Source: Eledone cirrhosa
Lineage: Eukaryota
DNA: 64,000 nt
Assembly (NCBI GenBank): GCA_964016885.1
Contig: OZ024753.1
Coordinates: 6,138,001 to 6,202,000 of the forward strand
Reading direction: 5' to 3'
The position numbers and the translations under genes were made by a program. Below the pieces are notes generated by a model. The model worked only from the letters and a program-made list of their open reading frames with translations, was not told the origin of the DNA and did not search any database. Shown here one piece after another: positions 53,546 through 64,000 of the stretch. Position 1 is the stretch's first letter; each line of letters begins with the position of its first letter.

Positions 53546-54847
53546 CTTGTCTGTATATATATATATATATATTTGTGTGTATATATATATATTTGTGTGT
53601 GTGCGTGTAGGTATATATTTGTGTGTGTGCGTGTAGGTATATATTTGTGTGTGTGTGTGTAGGTATATATTTGTGTGTGTGTGTGTAGGTATATATTTGT
53701 GTGTGTATGTATATATATAATAGATGTATATATTCGTGTGTATATATACATGTGTGTGTGTGTGTATATATATACATACATACATGTGTATATATACACA
53801 CACACACACATTCATATATATATATATATATATTTCATAACTTTTTTGTAGGAGTTTCATATTTTATCCATTCATCACATTGTTTTTATTTTATTATTAA
53901 TCGTGTTTTTTTCCTTCTTCCTTCGTATTTACTCCGATTAATTTCTCCGATTTTTTTTCACATTCAGAAGAGCTTGTTATTTTTTATTCAAAGAGAAACT
54001 ATTCGTTTTTGTTCGTTCCTTCTCTCTTGTTTCCCTTCTTCATTTACATTTTCTTTCTTTCTCCGTCCTTCTACCCACACTCTACCCACCTTCCTACCTT
54101 CCTTTCCTTTCCCTTTTCTTTTTCTTTTTTTTTAGAAAACATGAAAAAAATATCTTCATGTGTTAGTGGTATGAGAATGTTGATTTTGAAGAAAAAAAAA
54201 AATTCTTCATTTCATATTCCATTATCGGTAAATTGTCTGAAACCTGAATAAAATTTTCTATTCAAGAATAGCTTTTAATTAAAAGCAAAAATTCTGCACC
54301 GTTATCAAAACAAAAACTACTACTACTACTACTATAAACTATCAATCAACCACTGCACAAAAATACAACAAAGACATGAGTGAACAATGAAAATATTAAA
54401 AAAACACTCAGCTATATCAAAGAACTACCAAGTGTAAAACATGTAGACTATTGACTACTTCTTTAACATTAGTAGCACTAGTATGAAATTCATAAATTCT
54501 GTATAACTGTTAGCAATAAAATCATCGGTAAAATTATTATCATAAACATCATCATTGCTGTTATATTCGAGTCAATCCTAGTTATCTAACTACTACTACC
54601 ACCGCTACTACTACCACTACCATCACTACTACTATTACTGCTGTTGAGGCTCCTGCTGATGATGATGATGATGCCGCTACTGCTACCAGCACCAGCACTA
54701 CTACTATTACTGCTACTATTATTACTGCTCTGCTACTACTACTACTACCACAACCATCACTAGTACTGCTGCTGTTGCTCTGCTACTACTACTAATACTA
54801 CTATTGCTGCTGCTGTTACTTCTACCACCACTATTTTTTCCGGTGAC

Positions 54848-55140
54848 ATCCATCATCATCGTTTAATGTCCATCTTCCATGCTAGCATGGGTTAGACGGA
54901 TTTGTCCCACTCGGGGCAAGCTGAGTCAGGTGACCATGTCATGCTCATAGAAGACTGTTTTTGGCTGGTTTTTGACGGCTGGATGCCCGACCTAGCTCCA
55001 GCCAGATTTACAGCGTGTGCTGGGTGCTTTTCACCATGACACCTACACAACCACTTTACAGTGTGGACTGGGTGCTTTTTGTCGTGACACCTACACGACC
55101 TCTTTAGAGTGTGGGCTGGATGTTTTGTGGTACCAACATA
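54848..55140 (-). mobile_element. second SINE-like or RTE-tailed repeat
   Basis: (CAT)n tail then CGTTTAATGTCCATCTTCCATGCTAGCATGGGTT, with internal repeats of about 45 bp. Confidence 0.5.
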
Positions 55141-55839
55141 ACTTTACAGAGAAAGGCTAGTGTGGGCGGAAGTCGGAGGAAGGGGTAGTGTGCACACGGA
55201 TTAAGAGGTGCGTACTGACTGTAGGTTTAAGTTCGTACGTAAGGGTAGGAGCGTCTTTTGTATTACTGCATAGCGCCAAAGATTTTGATCCTGTGACATC
55301 CATGAAGAAATGGATCTCAGAAAGCGCAAAGCTGAATCACTACCTTAAATCACTCTAATAAATGCACAGAACAACTGCGCTGAAAAAGTAAGTTATTTAT
55401 CAATATCCAAATTATTAAAGGTAGTGGTACATAGAATTGCAACACGGATATAGCCCTGAGCTGAATTATGAGACACGTGGGCTAAATGCAAATAGAAATA
55501 TCATAATCAATTTCAAATATATTAAATATTGTGGGATAGGTTTAGATAATAAATAAAATGATTTCCAGCAATAAAAATAGAATTATGTAAATAAAGACAA
55601 TTTATAAAAACACACATTCCGAAATACTTGATATATATTGGGGATTTTATAGAGCAATTTACAAATGAATGACATAACACAAGCATGTAATTTACTCAAA
55701 ATTCAGGTAAATCATAAATGAAAATATTGTTAACGACACTAAAACGCCGAGGAGATATGAGCAAATATATTTGACAACGAAACTATATTAGATGTTACGT
55801 GAAATATGAATAAACAATTATGAAGTATACGCTTTACAC

Positions 55840-56232
55840 CAGTAGTTCCCAACCATTTGTGCACCATCCCCCATCCCCCATTTCAACAACTAAAAAATGA
55901 TGTCCTCCTTTGGCATGAAAACAGTGATGATCGACTGCAAAGTGTAAACAAATTGGTATATAAGTGGTGCCAAATGCACAGTAACATATGGAGGAGGTGA
56001 GACAGGAGTTTCTGATAGTTACCTTGGTGTAGATGGTGTAAGATGTAAAATAACATATGGAGGAGGTGAGGCAGGAGTTTCTGACAGTAATATGCCCCAA
56101 ATTTGACATTATGGTGTAAAAGTAATAAAGTAAAACCTGAGGTTTGTTCTTATTAACATCAGTTTCAAATGGCCCCCTTAAATATTCAAATTTTTTCCAC
56201 GTGGAGTGTGCACACCACCCTGTGAACCACTG
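55840..56232. mobile_element. hAT-like MITE, older
   Basis: Ends CAGTAGTTCCCAACC / GTGAACCACTG; internal direct repeat TAACATATGGAGGAGGTGAG; TSD only 5/8. Confidence 0.55.
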
Positions 56233-56358
56233 CATTACTGTATGGAAGATATCAACTGAATATGACACAAGTGAGAAAGGATAAATGTTTTCGGTCAACA
56301 AGTGAGAAATGCCAATTAATAATCCCTTAATTAAAGCCATGTCATGTTTTGAGAAGAA

Positions 56359-57010
56359 ATAATTGTTTCTACCTTTGGCACAAGGCCAGCAAATACCCAG
56401 TACATTACTGGTACTTTATTTTATCGACCCCATAAGGATGAAAGGTTTGAGAAGAAATAATTGTTTCTACTTTTGGCACAAGGCCAGCAATTACCCAGTG
56501 CATTACTGGAACTTTATTTCATCGACCCCATGAGGATGAAAGGCAAAGTTAATCTTGGCGGGCTTTGAACTCAGAATGGCAAGGGACGTAACTCTATGCG
56601 TCAAAGCATGGTTTGAGAAGAAATAATGCTAAGTATTCTAGAGAGCATCTCTTAAAATATAACGAAGATTTTCCCAACAACGAGAATACCTTTTCTTATA
56701 TGTGTAGTCCACCAATGGGTACAATGTTATAAATCCAACTGGATATTATTCCTCAATTAAATCACTTCAATTATGGTCAGAAAAAACACTGATATTGACT
56801 GAATAATCACCATAAATCAAGTGTTCAAGCATAAGTCTCCAAACCAAAAATGAAATAGTGGATTGGCAGTATCGGTAGAGGATCGGACCCCATCCTTTGC
56901 AGCAAAATAAAGTTATGTCCTTTTATTGTCTGAGTTCAAATGCCGCCGAGGTTAACTTTATCTTTCATCCTTACGGGGTCGATAAAATAAAGTACCAATA
57001 ATACACTGGG
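56359..57010. mobile_element. tRNA-type SINE copies (two tandem on -, 56359-56610; one on +, 56858-57010)
   Basis: TTTGAGAAGAAATAAT occurs three times around the tandem pair. Confidence 0.85.
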
Positions 57011-58297
57011 ATAAACATAGTGACATTCAGAAAAGGAAGAACTAAAATATAGCAGTTTCCTCCAACACTTCTACATTTCTGCCAATCCATACCACTTGAT
57101 TACTAATGTTTAGAGATGACACACGAATGGAAAACAATGGTTATCACACCGAGACGTGAAATAGGGACAAAGAAGGCTGTTTCAACAACGATGTATGTCT
57201 TAGAACTTTACCATTCTACCACGTCACCAACGTTCTGAAATGTGTGATAGTCTAAATTATGTTACTGGACATCCATAAAGAAACATAACGTATGTTAATA
57301 TAAAAAGCCCTTCAGTATAATATTTCAAGATGGAGAATCCATGTAACCAGATTTTATAGCAAAATGAAGCACAGGGATGAATAAACAGCGACAAAAATTA
57401 ATGGAAGACATTCACTATTGCCACAGCGTTGGGTAAGTTTTAAATAGACGAGATTTTGCTATCATAATCAACCCCAATATCAACGTATATGCACTAGAAT
57501 TTGATATATTCTGCTCCAATTTATGGTTTAAACAGTATATGCGCATTTATACGAACAGCTAACATTTTAAAGTGAGCGAAATCTGCATTCGTCTGGATAT
57601 TAAAGCAATATTATGTACGCCTAAGCTTATAACATGTTTGCCATATAGCTAGTCTTTAGAAATGTCTGACTACGAATACATTATCGCGTTCACGTGTACG
57701 GACATGATATAAGTTTGGAGAATCGAGAACCATATTGAATACAATGAAAGGTACACACAGATATTAGAGATTTTACATAGAAAGGCAGCGTCTCTATAAA
57801 GAGAATATATGAAATCTCTCACGCCGAAATGGAAGCCAACAATAAAATAGCAATATTATTTGATGGCAATAAAACCAAGCCTTATCCCGATAACATATGA
57901 ACGCCCCGAGAGACTCATTGTCCCCAGTTCATTACTGTCTATTGCTAAATCTCACAAAATCTGCGGAATAAAATTGGTAGATATGAATTATATGGGCATT
58001 TCACAAAACATTTCTTAAACATGGAGGATTAAAATTAATATGATATAAACCCAATGTACTAGAGGCTCAATAGATATCGCAACATAGATTGTAGAAATGT
58101 ATTAAAATAAGTGGTTTATTAGATAAATGAACAAATGATTGGGCGAGAATTAAACCGCCTAAAAGCAGCATTAAATACACCGCTAGATATAGAAAACTAT
58201 TTCAAGGGAAAATATGTATTTATAAATATATTAAATATTTAGTGAAGTGAAAGCAGAGGCTAGGTTAACATTGAAACTTAAACTGAAAAAGAAACAG

Positions 58298-58344
<47 letters not shown>

Positions 58345-58394
58345 ACACGCACACGCACTATTACTCTTTTTCATGTTCCAGCCATCCGGCCGAG

Positions 58395-59102
58395 GTCATG
58401 CTGGGTCACCACCCTTGTTGCTATGCGTTCTATATTCAGCCAGCGTTGGCTTGCCATTGATGTAAGATGAGTTTGTTTTTTGCTGCCCTTAGGTTACTTT
58501 CGTTCCATGTCGGGGGTTCATCTGGGATCCTATATAGCAGACTCTAAAAATGTTTTCAAAAAACATCTACGTCCACACCATACCAATCTCTCAAATTTCT
58601 TGGCCGCTTATTAAAGAGTCGATGGCCTTTAATTCCCAGGCTATTGCAATATCTGCTCCTTATTCTAGATGTGAAAGACATGACCTTTGTTACCATACAG
58701 TGACGTCCTAGTCGGGGGTTGTACTAGCTCTCAATTCCAAGGTTTGGTGCTAGTCTCTCCAAGATCTTCCATATGTATTTCACTGCGTATATCTCCTGCC
58801 TTCGTTTCAAGGAGTAGTTTTAGTTCTTGTAGCCTCTCCCAGAAGTTCATCTCCTTCCTCGTGGCAATATTATTGGTGCAGACTCGTTGGGTTGCTTCAG
58901 GTTCCGTGGTTACTTTGACACTCTGGGGTGACAAAAGCTAGGACCAATAGTCCAGTCGGCTTAAGAAAAATATTCTCCACAGTACCAACAGGGTTTTTTG
59001 GTCGCTTGTCTTCAAAGTCCTCAAGATCCAGCCAGCAAGTCGTTTGTATATTGTCGCCATTTTCATGATCTGTGAATAAAACGATGCATCGTTGCTCAGG
59101 TC
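58395..59102 (-). mobile_element. CR1/L2-group LINE ORF2 fragment
   Basis: GWILRTLKT..LLVLW..SRLDYWS*LLSP..EATQR..T..I..FWERLQELKL. Confidence 0.75.
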
Positions 59103-59277
59103 TATATTATTATTTCTCAACATCGTCAGGGTTCTACTCTACGATGTTGAGAAAGACGGTTTTTAAGCAATAAAACGTGGGTTTTTCACCTTGGTAAAAC
59201 GTATTTGACAAACCAGCAATACGAAATTATATCTATATGTATCTATCGATATAAATGTGTGTGTATATATATAAATG

Positions 59278-59310
<33 letters not shown>

Positions 59311-59571
59311 TGTGTGTGTTTATATGTATATATAGAATTGTATGTATTTGTGTATAGAAATGCGTGTATGTATTTATATGTATGTATATATAGAAATGCG
59401 TGTATGTATTTATATGTATGTATATATAGAAATGCGTGTATGTATTTATATGTATGTATATATAGAAATGCGTGTGTGTATTTATATGTATGTATATATA
59501 GAAATGCGTGTGTGTATTTATATGTATGTATATATAGAAATGCGTGTGTATTTATATGTACATATATGTAT

Positions 59572-62098
59572 GTCAGGTTGCTCTCAAGTGCTACTGGTAA
59601 CATGTAATACAGTACATGTCTCATGGTCGGCTCGTCGGTGACTAAACAGGTAACCCCACCAAGCTAGCTTGGTGAGGAGGGTGATATTTGGACACCCTGC
59701 GGGATGAAATACAAGACCCGGAAAAGAGCGGAGGAACTCAGCAGAGTCAACGGCCATCCTAATAATACTTTTTTTTTTCTTTTCTACTTGGGACTGGAAG
59801 GCCCCAGTTGCTATCACAACACTTTTCCAGGAGAGGGAAACTCTGAAAAAAAATAAACCTGTGGCCTCGGATGCATCCGATGATGTTGACCAGTTCTCCT
59901 TTTCGGGTAGTGATTTCGATGCTCAGAGAGTGGGACTGGTCGAGTGCACTTGAAAAAAACCTTCAAAGCACAGGCATTGCTTATTCAAGATCTGTTACAG
60001 CTTCGTTTGGCTGGCTGTAGCTTAACAGTGCACCAAACTCTGATGACAAATGGTGATCTTGAAGTCAATAGCAGTAAGGGCTATGTAACCTATTGTGAAG
60101 GGGACTGGCCCGACAGGTGTCCCATGGCACCCCACCGTGGGCTCGCCCGTCATCCTGCGACTGAAATAGAGGTCCAACCTATGAATACTGGGTGCTGGAA
60201 TGTAAGAACTTTACTTGATTCCCAATCCAGTGAAACTCGCCCTGAAACAAGATCTGATTTGGTGTCGAAGGAATTCAATCGCTATAACATGGACACCGTT
60301 GCACTTTCAGAAACGACATTAGCAGGTGAGGGTCAATTCACAGAACAGAAGGGAGGATATACCTTCTATTGGAGTGGTAGAGCAGAGGGTTGTATTTGCT
60401 GTCAGGAATGGAATCGTCTTAAAGTTGGAAATATTTCCTTGAAGATTCAATGATCGGATAATATCCATGAGAATTCCTCTGATTCAAAACCGCTTTGTGA
60501 CTCTGGTCAGTGTGTACACTCCTACTATGTGTGCTAGTGATGATGCAAAACTAGCTTGCTACATGTTGTTGAAAGAGGTCATCCATAGTATACTTTATGC
60601 AGGGAAGATCCTTGACGATTTTAATGCACGTGTTGGTAATGGCTGGGAAGCTTGGAGTGTCAAAGTGCAATAACACTGACTTATTTCTGTTGCATGTGTT
60701 CGCTGAAGTGGATCCTTTCGTTGGGAACACGTTCTTTCAGCAGAAAGACAAATATGACAACTTGGATGCATCCGGGTTCCAAGAAGTGGCACCTGATTGA
60801 CTCTTAACGAGGAGACGTGATGTAAGGGATATCACATTGGTTCGTATATTCTGCACCAACTTTGTTTGCCTTGTATTTCGTAATGGTGGTTCTTTATGGC
60901 CTTCAAGGATTGTCAACACGGTATCTATGTCAAGCTGTTCAACCTCAGGGGTCTCGCTGTTAACACTAAGTCACTGGGAACCTTGATCAGAGAATTTCTG
61001 TGTGCAGATGATTGCGATCTCTTTGCACACTCCCGGAGTGACATGCAACACCTTATGGATCCTTTTTTCCAATGCGTGCAGTGCTTTGGGACTGACAATC
61101 AATCTGAAGAAGAATGTTGTCATGCACCAACCTGCTCCGGATAAAGTTTTCAATGCTAGCTCCATATAGTCAAAAGCTGAAGGTTGCTGACATATTTATG
61201 TAATTGGGAAGTCCTTGAATGTGACCTGCTCTCTGGATGCAGCAGTTGGCCTGCGTGTTAGTAAAGCAAGTGAGTCAACCATCTTTGATGCAGGCGAGGT
61301 ATCACAATGAACAACAAAATGAAAGTGTATGCTGCATGTGTACTGTCAGCATTGCTGTATGCGTGTGAGACAGGGTTTCCTATAAACGGCATATCAAAAG
61401 ACTGGAACGATTTCACTAGCAGTGTCTCAGAATTATACTTGGTATCAAGTGGTAGATGCAAGTGAATGATGTTGAGATCCTTGAGTGAAGTGAGTGCCGG
61501 AGTATTGAGACTATCATCCACCAACGGCATTTGCGATGGACCGGATACCTCTGTGGAATGGAGGATGATTGAATCCCGAAACAACTTTTGTGCAGCGAGC
61601 TTTGTAAATGTAAGAGAGCGCCTCACACACCAAAGCTCCGATTCAAGGATTGTGTAAAGGACTCATTGAAAAAAACTGATGGTGGTTGACTGCGTGGAAT
61701 GGTGAATGATGGGGTGCATCATTTTGAGGACAGACGCATAGAGCACGAGAAAGTCAAACGGGATGTGCGTAATCAATGCCCTGGAGTATCTCTCGAAACG
61801 ATCGGTGTCCCCATTCAATTGGTGTGCCCTGATTGTGGAAAGATTTGCTAGAGCAAATCTGGATTCAGGAGCCACATTCGCAACCATGTTGAAAGAGAAC
61901 CAGTGAACTATGATCACCACAGAATTCTGAAGGTTCACAGGCAATCTGATACAAGACCTGATAGAGGGAGATCCACAGTTTTCGTCAAGGTGCGAGGGAG
62001 TACAAGTCTCTAGCATGGTTAAAAAGCCATATCCGAGCGTCACACATCTGAATCTGACAAGCGATTGCAATACTCTTAGGAGAATTTGCACCCATCAT
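59572..62098 (+). mobile_element. RTE (BovB-like) LINE, internally deleted and decayed
   Basis: 5' UTR; APE GCWNVRTLLD..R..LV.KE..RY..D..ALSET; RT LIREFLCADDCDL.AHS; C2H2 CPDCGK..S..G..SH; 3' hairpin and tail TACTCTTAGGAGAATTTGCACCCATCAT. Confidence 0.9.
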
Positions 62099-62184
62099 AT
62101 GCATATTTGTAAATATATATCTACATATATATATATGTATGCATGTATATACCTGTGGTTATACTTATGTATGTAAGGCCTTTT

Positions 62185-62331
62185 CTCACTTAAAAAAAAC
62201 CTTCAAAGCACAGGCATTGCTTGTTCAAGCTCTGTTACAGGTTCGTATGGCTGGCCGTAGCCTAAAGGTGCGCTATTTTCTGTGATATGACAAGCCATTG
62301 TAATACTCTTACCAGAGTTTGCAGCCATCAT
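62185..62331 (+). mobile_element. 3' half of a family Y element
   Basis: CTTCAAAGCACAGGCATTGC..GGCCGTAGCCTAAAGGT..TACTCTTACCAGAGTTTGCAGCCATCAT. Confidence 0.75.
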
Positions 62332-62716
62332 GTATGTCTGTATATAACTATGTATATATGTATATATGTATGTATTTACCTATGTATGTATGGACCTATA
62401 TATATATACACATACACGGAGAGATTGCTAGATAAACGTCTATGCTTCTATCTATCTATGCCTACGGAAATTTCTTAAAATATCATCCCCATTGCGATAA
62501 TTATAAAATTTTAACTGTATTTTATATATCGACGAAGCTAGTAAAATAATGTGATAGCCTTGACATGTTTCATTTCCTGTTGGAAATTTATTGGAGTAGA
62601 AATAACCTCCATTTCCGTCCTTAGGGACACTGGTAATATATAGCCAATTCTCTGAAACCATATTGCTAATTCCCAATTCACTATTATATCTTCCATGTAA
62701 TTATCATAAAGTAATA

Positions 62717-62793
<77 letters not shown>

Positions 62794-62814
62794 GTGTGTG
62801 TATATTTCTGTGAG

Positions 62815-64000
62815 TGTATACATGTATATATATATATACATGTATATATAGATGTATACATGTATATATAGATGTATACATGTATATATAGATGTATACA
62901 TGTATATATAGATGTATACATGTATATATAGATGTATACATGTATATATAGATGTATACATGTATATATAGATGTATACATGTATATATAGATGTATACA
63001 TGTATATATAGATGTATACATGTATATATAGATGTATACATGTATATATAGATGTATACATGTATATATAGATGTATACATGTATATATAGATGTATACA
63101 TGTATATATAGATGTATACATGTATATATAGATGTATACATGTATATATAGATGTATACATGTATATATAGATGTATACATGTATATATAGATGTATACA
63201 TGTATATATAGATGTATACATGTATATATAGATGTATACATGTATATATAGATGTATACATGTATATATAGATGTATACATGAATATATAGATGTATACA
63301 TGTATATATAGATGTATACATGTATATATAGATGTATACATGTATATATAGATGTATACATGTATATATAGATGTATACATGTATATATAGATGTATACA
63401 TGTATATATAGATGTATACATGTATATATAGATGTATACATGTATATATAGATGTATACATGTATATATAGATGTATACATGTATATATAGATGTATACA
63501 TGTATATATAGATGTATACATGTATATATACATGTATACATGTATATATACATGTATACATGTATATATAGATGTATACATGTATATATAGATGTATACA
63601 TGTATATAGATGTATACATGTATATAGATATATACATGTATATATAGATGTATACATGTATATATAGATGTATACATGTATATATAGATGTATACATGTA
63701 TATATAGATGTATACATGTATATATAGATGTATACATGTATATATAGATGTATACATGTATATATAGATGTATACATGTATATATAGATGTATACATGTA
63801 TATATAGATGTATACATGTATATATAGATGTATACATGTATATATAGATGTATACATGTATATATACATGTATACATGTATATATACATGTATACATGTA
63901 TATATACATGTATACATCTATATATACATGTATACATGTATATATAGATGTATACATGTATATATAGATGTATACATGTATATATAGATGTATACATGTA
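62815..64000. repeat. 20-bp minisatellite TGTATATATAGATGTATACA, about 58 copies, runs off the window
   Basis: Direct inspection. Confidence 0.97.

Noticed and set aside
59572-59700. HDV-like or twister ribozyme in the RTE 5' UTR
   Set aside because: Hairpins and a CTAA are present, but I could not build the P1/P1.1/P3 pseudoknot or find twister motifs

Overview
AT-rich, repeat-saturated eukaryotic (animal) DNA. Its SINE/LINE complement and long (TA)n/(CA)n/(TATG)n tracts suggest an octopod cephalopod; this taxon call is an inference. No prokaryotic operons or CRISPR are present, and nearly all long ORFs in the track are microsatellite artefacts. Recognisable content: about 25 copies or fragments of one tRNA-type SINE, a decayed RTE LINE with two bipartite non-autonomous derivative families, CR1, CRE, Ingi/Vingi-like and Penelope (GIY-YIG) fragments, hAT-type MITEs, several minisatellites, and a few candidate + strand exons of an unidentified gene. 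The most notable signal is a set of at least six short families related to Penelope pLTRs. They carry type I hammerhead ribozyme (HHR) motifs, mostly sit in (TA)n tracts and occur as fold-back palindromes whose axis usually lies inside the ribozyme. Complete HHR folds are at 7232-7336 (both strands) and 15945-16023 (-). One solo copy begins exactly at the predicted self-cleavage site.
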